64,000 nt of DNA, taken from Octopus sinensis (Eukaryota). Shown here in pieces: positions 1-11,586 of the stretch. Under the pieces are notes generated by a model. The model searched no databases, was not told the origin of the DNA, and saw only the letters and a list, made by a program, of their open reading frames with translations. The position numbers and the translations under genes are program-made. The stretch spans positions 29,449,360 to 29,513,359 of the forward strand of contig NC_043019.1 in assembly GCF_006345805.1 (NCBI RefSeq), read 5' to 3'. How positions within the stretch are numbered: position 1 is the first letter of the stretch; each line of letters opens with the position of its first letter.

Positions 1-569
1 GATTTTCGGAGGTCAATGCTCCAGAGCATCTGCCACATACAAAAACTATCTTCCCAGTTAGCCTACCTTTGACATTGCTGCACCTCTTATGTGTCCATAG
101 CTTACACTGGGTACATCTTATAGAGTTTCTACCTACACCTTTTCTACAGATCGAGCAGGGCCATCTTCCTGAGGATATTTGTGGATTTTCTAACTTTCTA
201 CTTATTAGTACTTTGGTTTTAGCTAGGTTGACTCTAAGGCCCCTCGATTCTAAACCCTCCTTCCACACCTGGAACTTCTCCTCCAGTTCTGATAGTGACT
301 CAGCGATTAGAGCGAGGTCGTCAGCATAGAGGAGCTCCCAGGGGCAACCTGTCTTGAATTCCTCCACAATTGCCTGGAGGACTATGATAAATAGGAGGGG
401 GCTGTGTACTGAACCCTGGTGGACCCCAACCTCTACCTTGAATTCTTCTGTGTACATGCTGCCAACTCTAGCCTTACTTACGGCATCTCTGTACATGGCT
501 TGCACAGCCCTCACCAGCCATTCATCTATCCCTAGTTTCCTCATTGACCACCAGATGAGGGATCGGGGG
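1..569 (-). mobile_element. RTE-clade LINE, 5'-truncated ORF2 fragment (RT core plus PHD-like insert), runs off the window edge
   Basis: Hand translation of the minus strand gives an unbroken frame PRSLIWWSMRKLG...VGVHQGSVHSPLLFIIVLQ...GCPWELLYADDLALIA...GLRVNLAKTKVL...WPCSICRK...CGRC, containing RT motif B (GVHQG) and YADD (317-328). Confidence 0.93.
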
Positions 570-754
570 ATTAGTCTTGTATTATCTTGTAGCTTTGAGA
601 TTGTGATAATGTGACTGTAGTTTTAGAATGACATAGTAGGAGGTAGGTGTGAGAGACCAGATCAAGCTGGTTTCAACACAAAACAGAATATTTAAGCTAT
701 ATTTGCCTGGTTTAAATGCTAAAGATATTTCGGCGTCATCATTCATCATCTTTT

Positions 755-1405
755 GCTAGTTTCAGTCATTGAACTGCAGCTATGCTGGGGCACCACCTAC
801 AAGGGTTTTATTTGAACAAATCGACCTCAGTACTTATTTATCTTTTAAAACGTAATGCTTAGTCTATTTGTCTCTTTTTAAACAAACTGATAAATTGCAG
901 AGATGTAAACAAACCAACACCAATTGTGAAGTAGCAGTGGTGTGACAAACACATAAATATATCATCATCATCATTGTTCGACCGTGGTCGAGACAATGGA
1001 ATTTACCATGCTACGCCAGACTTCACGGTCCATCATGGCATTACGGAGGTCCTGTTGCTGGATGCCTGTATCCCTGGAGATTACATCAGGGTAGGAGAGT
1101 GTGCACCTCTGGTATTGCGGGTAGATGGCTTCCAGAGGAGAAGAGTAGAAATTACCTCTTTTTCAGCTCTACAACAATGTCCAGCAAACTGGACTCTCTT
1201 ACCTTTCACAAGAGATGACACAGGTGGTAGTTTCCCATAAATACACACACACACACACACACACACACAATAGGCTTCTATATGGTTTCCATATATCAAA
1301 TTCATTCACATAGCATGAAGTGATAGTATTTACCCAAGCAGCTGTACAGTAAGACTGAACATGGTTGTAGAATGAGCTTCTTAACCACATAGCCATGCCT
1401 CTGCC
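755..1405 (-). mobile_element. Decayed family-A SINE split by a LINE 3' fragment in its central microsatellite
   Basis: 755-960 matches the 3' half and 1240-1405 matches the head of the better-preserved copy at 10994-11388. Confidence 0.7.
961..1238 (-). mobile_element. RTE-group LINE 3' end (second family) with (TGA)n tail
   Basis: Translates YGKLPPVSSLVKGKRVQFAGHCCRAEKEVISTLLLWKP, then a frameshift, then YPDVISRDTGIQQQDLRNAMMDREVWRSMVNSIVSTTVEQ*. FAGHxxR and DRxxWR are typical of RTE-group C-termini. Confidence 0.8.
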
Positions 1406-1555
1406 TACAAACAACTTTCAAGTAAAAGGTTTTAGTATCGAAGAATCAAGGGTGGTCTTAGTTAGGGTGAAATTGAAAGGGTTCCAAAGTTATTTGGTAT
1501 GAGGGTCATTTTACACGAATGCAATGAATATTCTCGTGTCTGCATCATAGATCAA

Positions 1556-1767
1556 TCCTTTTGTTAATACGTTTCTGCCAAAATATACTGCCTTTGGTTT
1601 CAATTAATTTAGAAAACAATGAAGAATTTAGTAAAATAACTTTGTTATTTATAAACTGGTGTTTGTAACACGAAATTTTGATGAAAGGGTCTGACTTAAA
1701 TTACTTTAAATTAGAAAATTCTCTCATAAAACTAGGGCCTGACTCAGGAGGGTTGGTATCAAAAGGG
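1556..1767. mobile_element. piggyBac-type MITE, diverged copy
   Basis: Ends GTATCAAAAGGG|TTAA; internal AAGAATTTAGTAAAATAACTT is shared with 2378-2597. Confidence 0.7.
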
Positions 1768-2377
1768 TTAAATGGATCCTCATCAGCTTCAATGACAAGT
1801 GGTCGAGATTTTTAATTGACTGGACAGCCAATTCATTGAATTAGCATGTAAGTGAATGAGCATTCAACAGATACAAATTCACTTAATGTAATTAGCAGGT
1901 ATAATTAGCATGACACATTGTGCATGACAAGGTTCACCCTTTCAATTACAGGAATGGTTTATCTGACAGGCTTTCACACCATTTCTTTGTACCCAATTTT
2001 ACTCACAAGACTTGGACAAAGTGAGGCTATGGTAAAAGACAATCACCCAAGATACTTTGTAGTGGGATTGTACCAAGGATCTCATCTCAAACATGCTTGT
2101 GTCTACTCTTTGTAACTGGTGAGAAGAATATAGCATTGGTACTGGCAGCCAGAAAATGAAAAAAATACAAGTTCTTAGACATTTCTAAAAGAAAATTTTT
2201 AAATGATGCACCTGTAATATCCAAGATTATTGATGTTAGTCATGAATTGAGCAAATGCATCTGAGCCATAACATCATCAAACCCTGGATATTTCTGTCTA
2301 GAGACCTAGAACTCATAGGGCCACTTACTTAGTTTCCATGGTATCTAAGTGACCAAGATCACAACATTCTTCTTTAA

Positions 2378-2597
2378 CCCTTTTGTTACTGTATTTATTT
2401 TAAGATGCTCTGTGTTTCTTTCAATTACTTTAAACATAACAAAGAATTTAGTAAAATAACTTAGTTATCATTAAGCTAGTGTTAGGAATATAAATTGTGA
2501 TTAAGTTTGGTGGAAGATTTTAATTCAAAACTTATGAAAACAAGACATCTGTACTAAAGAGCCAGAGCTGGTTTCAGCTGGGTTGGTAACAAAAGGG
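2378..2597. mobile_element. piggyBac-type MITE (220 bp) with TTAA TSD, nested in an old SINE
   Basis: TTAA(2374-2377)|CCCTTTTGTTAC ... GTAACAAAAGGG|TTAA(2598-2601): perfect 12-bp TIR with CCC/GGG ends. Related pieces at ~5305-5430, ~5810-5938, ~52570-52790 and 59347-59523. Confidence 0.9.
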
Positions 2598-3527
2598 TTA
2601 ACTAGAAGCCAATCTGTCACAAAGTTACTCATTTACAACTGAGCCAACTGGAGCAATGTAAAATGAAGTGTTTTAATCAAGGACATAACACACTGCTCAG
2701 TCTAGGAATCAAAGCCATGATCTTGCAATCATGAATGCAGGCGACCTAACTAGACCATGCACCTTGATCCGTTTTTTATTCAAACATATTTAGACACACT
2801 GTATTTTGGAGTTCATTATACAATGTCCTTTCCTTTCTTTAAGCTAGTAGAATGTAATTTCTAAGAGATTATATATGATGGAAATTGAGTGTCAATTTTC
2901 TTTCAACTATAACCATCCCATCTTAATTTCAAGACAGTAAGATGAAGCTCAAGGAGAAACTGGTTGCTGTTTCTAGTTAGCAGTTGATCTCAATGAGGCC
3001 CTCTTAGTTCTTGAGATTGTACCTCAATCCGATTTAAAATCAGAGAACATCAAGAAATAATGGCTGATTTGTAAATTTTCAGAAGTAAGTTATTGCTTAG
3101 CCAATGATCAATTTTAATTACACAGACTTATGATCAAAGGTATTCCCTCTGTGAGCACACCAGCTTTAATCTGGCACAATGTTACATCAGATTATTAACC
3201 AATACCTCCTCCTTTTCTATAGTGTGATTTACAGAGATTTAGCTACTTTTTTTTTGTAGTAGGGTGGACAACATTGTAGACACCTTATTATTGGATGTTT
3301 GTGGTAAACTGAGGTTAAATTTTGAATCTACTTTAATAATGACAAATGGAGCTCTTACTGATGAAGTGGTATAATAAGAAGATAAATCTACAATAAATAA
3401 ATTTATTGTTAGGTTAATACAGGTTGAGTAAGCCATTAGGTGAAACTTGAAATCCCAGTCAGTATAAACTTTACTATATATATACTACTCATAGAAAGTT
3501 CTGACAAGAAACCTGTATATCTACATG

Positions 3528-3944
3528 GGATCTTCTCAGTTTGAACGGCAGTTTTTTAGCAGTGACATATGAAATTGTCACCCATAATTATGACTTTAGT
3601 ATCGATCTATTGCATTTCAATCTGTTTTAGGGTTAGGGATAGGGGTGGGGGGGGGGGTATCTTTTTTTCTTCAGAAATGTAAATAAACCCAATCTGTTTC
3701 TTAAACGAGGGACATATTCATATGGCACAGAATGTTTTCACCACAATAGACGTCATTGATTAGTTGAAATTGCAGAAATTGAAGAAAAAAAAACAACAAA
3801 TATCTTACAAACTATAGAATTTTCTCAATAAAGCCAAGAGAAAAATAGGTTTTATAAACACATTCTACCAGTATACGAAGTTTAAAAGTGTTTAGTTATG
3901 TGGAAATTATTTTTAAAAAACTGCCATTCAAACCGAAAAGATCC
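3528..3944. mobile_element. Non-autonomous DNA transposon (Merlin-like MITE), 31-bp TIR, 8-bp TSD
   Basis: TSD TCTACATG at 3520-3527 and 3945-3952. TIRs GGATCTTCTCAGTTTGAACGGCAGTTTTTTA and TAAAAAACTGCCATTCAAACCGAAAAGATCC differ at 3 positions. GG termini plus an 8-bp TSD fit Merlin/IS1016. Confidence 0.88.
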
Positions 3945-4464
3945 TCTACATGTATACTTATATGTGTATTTAGGATGCTTTAACATAGATGCTGTAACTG
4001 GATACAGATTGCAAAACAGCTATCAACATATGAAATAAATATTTTATCTTTCACTTCTCTTTTGATTATTTTCTATATGTACACACACACACAGAGAAAG
4101 AGAGAGCCTTTGTATAGTTTTAATTTTGTGTTGGTTAATAACCTTATATGTGTATAGATGTATGAATATATATATATATATATATATATATGGAGAGAGA
4201 GAGAGGTGTGTGTGTGTATGTATATGTCTAACAAGTGGAAATAAAAGTGAATAGTTAAACCTTGAATCTAGTGACAGTACAAAGAATTTTATACTTTTTG
4301 AATAAGCAAAAATGTATGTGTGTGTGGGTATGTGCGTGTTTGTGTTGAATGAATATATTACATTACTAACAATGTTCTTGTAGTATGTAATTGGAGAGCA
4401 AACAGTGGAATATGTGAAAACCTACATGCATCAGACATGACACAGAACAAAAGTAAACTGATTA

Positions 4465-4905
4465 AGGTTGTTTGTGTTTAGCCCCAGGTCAGACATGATC
4501 AAAGGAGCCTATAAACAAAGGCAATCCAGCCATAATTATTTCATCATTTTTCTAGATATAGTGTACTCCTCACCATATTATCACATTATTAAATGTGTCA
4601 TTCAGAAAAACAAAATGCAGTAGTGTGGTTTGGGAGGAGGCTTAGTTGCTATTTCTAGCAGGCTGAGCGACTACTTAGTGGCTCCCTTGTTGGCTGATGG
4701 TGATTATTTCTGTTATTGTTATTCTTCTCAAGTTGACCCTGATTAAACACACCAATGAGGAAATGCATTCTAGATAACATTAGCCAGTTTGTGTGTTTTT
4801 TTTTAAAAAGATAAAATAAAATGGTAGTGTGATTTGAGTGAGATTCTGGTTGCTATTTCTAGTAAGTTGAAAGACCATGTAGATAGAAGCCCTCTCATTG
4901 GGTTT
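4465..4905 (-). mobile_element. Old dispersed repeat (family E), two adjacent copies
   Basis: Motifs TTAGCCCCAGGTCAG, TGATCAAAGG and GCTATTTCTAGCAG recur at ~17190-17540, 30370-31620, 38140-38580, 39620-39760 and 41870-42720. Class unresolved (probably SINE) and strand tentative. Confidence 0.55.
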
Positions 4906-7289
4906 GCTGTGATTGAGGCTGGTTGCAGCTGTAGGATTTTAAACACTTGTAAGGCAGCAGTGTTTCCATTATAGTGCTTCCCTATTGATCACTATTCATG
5001 TTACATTAACTTTTATGATCTTTCAACTTTGCAAAACCAATTTGTCACACACATATACTCCCTATGTTCTAAAGCATTTTATGATGGCCGGCAGGTGATT
5101 AATTGGATCATCACCACCACCACCACTGCTGCTGCTGCCACCGCTACTTCTACAACTTCAATTTCCAGGTAAGAATAATATGTATGCAACTCGAGGAATT
5201 TATTAGGTTCCAAGATCATCTGGTTTTAGGAATATATCATTCATTCAATTTGCAAATTAGAAAATGTTAGGTGACAACCAAATAGATCAAATGTCAGTGG
5301 TCTTGTTAACCTTTATGAAACTATGCTGCCTGAAACCAGCTCTTCTGGTTCTGTGATATAAAATCCTTCTTTTTCACTCCCCCCACTTCTTTAAATATCC
5401 ATATTTAAATTAAAACCTTCCATCGTAATCATATACCAGAAAATCTTTTGTTAAGTAGTAGCTTTTGAAAGATTGATGTTCTGTCCAAGGGGAAGACTTG
5501 TACTCTCACTTATATGCCTTAGAAGCTGGTAGAAGTCTTTGCACAAGGTGCCACACATTAGGATTGATTCCAGGGTCAAAATTGTATATCAGTAAGTATT
5601 GGAGAGAGGAGTAAACCAGTGTGTCAAATGAAATACCTTGCAGTATTCCAATCTGTGTTGGTTGATTCTCTTTATGTCCAGATTTTGATGAATTCAGAAA
5701 AGAACTGCCAAAGTTGATGGAGTCCAAAAAATGGATCTTCATCAGTTTCAGTGACGAGAATCCTGTTTCTTGATCAACTGAATTGGTGTGAAAGGGGTGT
5801 CATTAATAACTGTCATTATTAAGCTTAGTATATATTAACATGGAATTTTGGTGGAAGGTTTTAATTTTGTTCGCTTTCAAACAGAAAGTTTGTATCATGG
5901 AAACGGGCAGTTTCAAGCAAGTTGGTATCAAAAGGGTTGAGGTTCGTAACCATTCGACCATGGTTCATTTGGTACTAGACCACACTGAAAGAATACATTT
6001 TAAAATTTTATTTCTATTTTATTGACCATCACAGACTGCATGTTTTTGGCATTGCATATGTATGTAATAATTAGGATGGCGAGTTGACAATTGTTAGCAT
6101 GCCAGTCAAATCACTTAGGGGCATTTCATCTGTATTTATGCTCCAAGTTTGAATTCTACCAAGGTTGACTTTCCCTTTCATCCTTTTGATAAAATAAGTA
6201 CTAGTTGAACATGGGGGGGTCGATCCCCCCCCCCCTTCTACAAAAGTGCTAACCTTGTACCAAAATTTGAAACCAATACATATGTAATAATTAAATTATA
6301 TATCATGCACTTTATAGTGTTTTGTTATGTCTGTGACAAAACTGTCTCATGTGATACCAGACCATAGTGTAAAAAAAAAGACTGGGGATCATTGAGTTAA
6401 AGAATTTACATTTTTCATTTCAGATTCATCCAAACTAATTTTCACTGTTTATTTCATGAGGAAAATTTATTGCAAGTTGATATTAGATAAAATAGTTTAT
6501 ATAAATATACTACCTTCATGAAAATGCTTCAGCACAAGATATATAAAAAGAATTTTTCTTTTACTATTTCAACATATGGGACAGAAATTTAAGATTCCTC
6601 ATTATAGATTTAACCAAACTTGTTCTTAATGTTTATTTCTGAATGAAAATTTATTGAAATTTGTCATTTGGTAGAAATCTTATAAAAAATCATCAAGAAT
6701 ATATTTTAAGGTCTGACATTTTCTAAATAAATCAGCAACAATAGATAGTAACTCTTACCGTATTTATTGAACTTTACAGAAAAAATAAATAAATAAAAGA
6801 GCTAAGTAAATAAAGGAAAAGAGAAACTACAAAAAGAAATATGTCTAAAATAATTATTGTTGGTGAAATATTGACAATATATGCAAAACTAAAGTAGAGT
6901 GTTCGGAAATGGCAAATGTTCAACTGATTGTGAGAAAATGGTAAAGAATTCTAAAGTTACATCTACAGTAAGATTTGATTACCAAGTAGAAATTATTTCT
7001 CCTGCTTTACCAACATCACTATCAGCATCATCATCACTTTGCTTCCACTTTTCCAAGTTGCTATGGGTTAGACAAAAAATGTATTGCATTCTAAGGCAAA
7101 GAACATAATCATACATAAGTAAGCTCAGTAATTTTGATGTGCAAAACCAGTGGAATAAAATACCTCATTTAAAAACAAGGGCCTCCAGCTTAGAATACTG
7201 CCTCAAGGAATTTCATTCAATCCATATTAGTATGGAAAGTGAATATAAAAAAAATTACCAATTTTGAATTTATAAAATGAATTCAAGTG

Positions 7290-7585
7290 GAATTTCACTA
7301 GTGCTGGTGCCAAGTGGAAAGCACCCAGTCCACTCTGTAAAGGGTGTTGGCATTAAGAAGGGCATTCAGCCTTAAAACCCATGTCAAAACAGACCTCACC
7401 AGTACTGGTACCACATCAAAAGCACTCAATCCACTATGTAAAGTGGTTGGCATCAGAAAGGGCATCCAGCCATACAAACCACGCTAAAATGGACAGTAGA
7501 ACCTGATATAGTTCTCAGGCTTGCCAGCTCCTGTCAAACTGTCTAATCCATGCCAGCATGGAAAACAGATGATGATGATGATGAA
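7290..7585 (+). mobile_element. RTE LINE 3'-UTR fragment with (GAT)n tail
   Basis: GGTTGGCATCAGAAAGGGCATCCAGC...CCATGCCAGCATGGAAAACAGATGATGATG matches the 3' end of the LINE at 54589-56575. Confidence 0.7.
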
Positions 7586-8269
7586 GAAGAAGAACAAGGA
7601 TCATTCATAAGCTTCTCAACAGAAACATACTTCTGGGGCTTCAATGCACATTTAATTTGCCCCTGCTACTAAAGAACTTTTTCCCTAACAAAGAATAATG
7701 GCTCCCTCATAGATATGAAGATGAATAGGTGTGCGTGTGTGCACGCATGTGTGTGTACAGGCAGTTACAGGGGAGGGGTACCCTAAAATTTGTAATGCTA
7801 AAAATAAAGACAGCAAGATTGATATAAGTTTTATGGGATACAGTTCTTGATTTTTTTTTTTTAATATAATTTTCACAAATGACAACTTTCAATAAATTTT
7901 CATTGAGAAAATATAAACATTGAAAATGTTTAATTCAATTTAAAATGAGTAATCTGAATTTCTGTCCTGCATGTTGATAATATTAAAATTAATTCTTTTT
8001 ATATGTTTTGTGAGGATTTAAAAGAGCTGCAAACATTTTCACAAAGAGAATAAATTTTTATACTATTTTGTAAAATGTCAACCTTCATAAATTTTCATTC
8101 AGAAATAAACATTGAAAATTTGTACAGTTAAATTTAAAAATGAGGAATCTAAATTTATTCTATAAAACAGTTGCAGCTGAACACTATCTTTTATATGGAA
8201 ACTGTATTCAATTCAACAATTACACAGGGTCAGAACAAAATGTGTAATATTAAATTTTTTTAATTTTAG

Positions 8270-8675
8270 ATGCAGGTGTGACTGCGTGGTAAGAAGTTTG
8301 CTTCCCAACCACATGGTTTCAGGGTTCAATCCCAATGCATGACATGTTAGGGAAGTGTTTTCTTTGTTATAGCCCTAAACCCAACCCAAAACCTTGTGGT
8401 TTAATTTAGAAGGAAACTGAAAGAGGTGTGTGTGTGTGAGAGAGAGATCTGGTTCAGGAACGCTGTGAACAGACTTGGTGTATTTACACCTATTTTGTCT
8501 ACAGATAGAAACTTTCTCCATGACAAAATACAGTGAAAACATGCCTGGCTATGAGGAAATATTACCTTACTTGGAAACAGGTAAGCATTGGCAACAGGAA
8601 GAGCATCCAGTTGAAGAAACTCTGCCTCAACAAAAAATTCCATTCAACTCATGCAAGCGTGAAAGAGTGGACATT
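8270..8675 (+). mobile_element. Family-B SINE (family-A head plus RTE-like 3' tail)
   Basis: tRNA-like head with GGTTCAATCC; tail GGCAACAGGAAGAGCATCCAG...CATGCAAGCGTGAAAGAGTGGACATT. Confidence 0.7.
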
Positions 8676-9419
8676 TTCCCCTTTTGTTGCCATATTTCTG
8701 TTGAGATATTCTATGTTTACTTCAATTAATTTCAAATATAATGAAAGATTTAACAAACTAGCTTTTTTACTATTTCAGACCAAAATTTACAGCCAAAAAA
8801 GTCAACTTTGGAGAACCAAAAATTTTATGCGAAATCTAACAGGATTTGGAAAGGTAGTGAGAATGTTTGAATGTTAACACTATATACTCTACTACAGGAC
8901 TTGTATGCCATAAAATACAGTACTAAATTCTTTCACATACTTTTTATAGATTAATTTTACCATGTATGTAGAACCAAAGTTATACAGATTTTAAATTGCA
9001 TATGGAATTTAAGCAGACAAACCATTTCATCCACACATCATTACTATCATTATCACTATGTTCACTGAAGCAAAAAAGGGAAGAATTAGTTGTCATGTAA
9101 ACACAAAAAGACATGTTAAACAATTAAATTCTAACATCTGTTTTTCCATGCTTGCATGGGTCAAATGGAATTCATTAACACAGATTTTTAATGGCGGGAT
9201 GTCCTTCTTATTATTGTCAATGCTGTCTCCAAGCGAGTTAAGCTACTCATGAAGGACATGTCTTTACAGCAGATAAGAAACAAACAACACTGTCTTGCAA
9301 AGTCAAGACAAGACACAAATATTGTCAAGACAAAGGACAAACACACAAAAATTTCTCCTCAAATCACACTCAACCATTTTTTTTTAATGGTAAGATACAT
9401 TAGTAAATATAGTCTTAGA

Positions 9420-9827
9420 TATATCATCATCATCATTTTAATGTCCACTTTTTCTTGTTTCCATGAGCTAGATGGAGCTTACGGAGATAGATTTTTTTAC
9501 AAGTGGATGCCCTTCCTGTTGCCAACCCTCACCTATCTCCGAGCAAGGTAATATTTCCCCCATGACCAGACATGTTCTTCCAAAATATTGGAAAGGAATA
9601 ACACAGTATGACAATTACAATTATTTTACCACTATCACATTATGTCAAGACAAAGGACAAACACACACACACACATGATAGGCTTCTTTCAGTTTCTATC
9701 TACTAAATCGACTCATAAGGCTTTGGTCAGCCTGGGGCTATAGTAGAAGACATGCTTATGGTGTCACACAGTGAGGCTGAACCTGAAGCCATGTGGTTAG
9801 AAAACAGACTTCTTACCACACAGCCAA
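9420..9827 (-). mobile_element. Family-B SINE
   Basis: (ATC)n tail at 9423, GGATGCCCTTCCTGTTGCCAACC body, head ending CTTACCACACAGCCA. Confidence 0.75.
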
Positions 9828-10504
9828 AAGTCATAGCTGGAATGACTTTGATTATAAGGTGAACTCAATCAACGTTGACCTCTGTATCATCACCATCATT
9901 AGCAGCAGCAGCAGCATAATCACAACAAGAAACAACTAGAAACAAAACTAAACACACACACACACATATGTACATACATAGAGTCTCAAGTTGGTTCCAC
10001 TTGCCAGAATACTAATTTGAAATTACTTGACAAAGATACTCTTCTGAAGATCTCAAAGAACAATAAAAGCATAACGGCAGCTAATATGGAAACTGGCAAT
10101 CACACTTCTTGAAGTGAAGGAGGAACCAAGAAGAAGAAGAAGAAGAAGAAAACCATCAACACAAAGAAATAATAACAATGATAATAGAAAGAGTCAAAAC
10201 TAAACCATACCATAAATGTAAAATAAAACAATTACATTTGCTATCAAATATCTCAAAAGCACTTCTAACATGTCAAGATGTTTCATTATCTTTTTATATT
10301 CTTTGTATTCCTCATTCTTCATTTCACACATACACACACACATATACACTTTGAGAACTACTAACATTCTTCTTTTTTTTTTAAATACTGAATTTCAACA
10401 TAGCTCGATATCTGACAAGCATATAATAATGACAATAATAGTAAAAAATAATTAATAATAATAATAACAACAAAAGCAATAATAATAATAATAATAATAA
10501 TAAT

Positions 10505-10710
10505 GATCCTTTCTCCTATAGGCACAAGGCCTGAAACTTGGGGGGGGGGCTAGTTGATTATATTGACCCTGGTACTTATTTTATCGATCCCAAAAGGATG
10601 AAAGGCAAAGTTGACCTTGGGGGAACTTGAACTCAGAACGTAAAGACGGATGACATACTGCTAAGTATTTCACCTGGCATGCCAACAATCCTACCAGCTT
10701 GCTACCTTAA
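10505..10710 (-). mobile_element. Family-C SINE with (TTA)n tail
   Basis: Reverse complement of AAGG...GTTCTGAGTTCAA...TTTGCCTTTCATCCTTTTGGGATCGATAAAATAAGTACC, the same core as 14673-14903. Confidence 0.75.
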
Positions 10711-10993
10711 CAATCAAATTTACTATTGTTACTAAATGTGTTAGTGTTATTTAATTTCTGAATGGTTTTGCTGCCGTTTGTTCATATAGCTTGATTTCTT
10801 TATTCATCAGTTTCTACTAAGATAGAGACACAAGTAAAATTAATAATAGAGAAACAAAAATAAAACTCTGGAAACAGCAATGCCACTATAACATACGTGG
10901 AAACCATGAGCGTGCTTTCAAGGGACTTAATCAGAGAAAGACTTGAAAGTGAACATAAGATGGTAATACTTCATGTAAAATAAAGTAAATATA

Positions 10994-11388
10994 GGCGTAG
11001 GAGTGGCTGTGTGGTAAGTAGCTTGCTAACCAATCACATGGTCCTGGGTTCAGTCCCACTGCGTGGCATCTTGGGCAAGTGTCTTCTGCTATAGCCCCGG
11101 GCCGACCAATGCCTTGTGAGTGGATTTGGTAGACGGAAACTGAAAGAAGCCTGTCGTATATATGTATATATATGTGTGTATGTGTATGTGTGTGTATCCC
11201 CCTAGCATTGCTTGACAACCGATGCTGGTGTGTTTACGTCCCCGTCACTAAGCGGTTTGGCAAAAGAGACCGATAGAATAAGTACTGGGCTTACAAAGAA
11301 TAAGTCCCGGGGTCGATTTGCTCGACTAAAGGCAGTGCTCCAGCATGGTCACAGTCAAATGACTGAAACAAGTAAAAGAGTAAAGAGT
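10994..11388 (+). mobile_element. Family-A tRNA-derived SINE, well preserved
   Basis: A-box-like TGGCTGTGTGG, B-box-like GGTTCAGTCC, TTGGGCAAGTG core, central TA/TG microsatellite, 3' GACTGAAACAAGTAAAAGAGTAAAGAG. Highly similar to minus-strand copies at 15161, 36541 and 40403. Confidence 0.9.
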
Positions 11389-11389
11389 A

Positions 11390-11586
11390 TAACAAATAAT
11401 CCAGAATCCTTGTCCAGTACTGGATCGATTCCAAAATCTAATCAGTTTGTGCCAGTCACAAGGCCAAACATCCTTGAAAGTTTCATCCAAATCCATCCAG
11501 TGGTTCTTGAGATATCTTGCCCACGGACAAACAAACAAACATTAATGAAAACAATACCCCCACCTTCGCTAAGGCAGAGGTAATAA
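11390..11586. mobile_element. Non-autonomous element with (ACAA)n core and terminal hairpin (HINE/DINE- or CryptonV-like)
   Basis: AAGTTTCATCCAAATCCATCCAGTGGTTCTTGAGATATC, (ACAA)n, and an imperfect hairpin ACCTTCGC-TAAG-GCAGAGGT (11562-11581) followed by AATAA. Class recalled from architecture only. Confidence 0.5.

Noticed and set aside
5506-5790. Possible exon or hammerhead (minus-strand CTGATGA followed by a TCCA/TGGA stem)
   Set aside because: No GAAA follows the stem, and the translations (e.g. DFDEFRKELPKLMESKKW) match nothing I recognise.
7870-8160. Decayed ~190-bp tandem duplication (ATAAATTTTCATT...AAACATTGAAAAT)
   Set aside because: Probably real, but AT-rich, degenerate and without functional signal.
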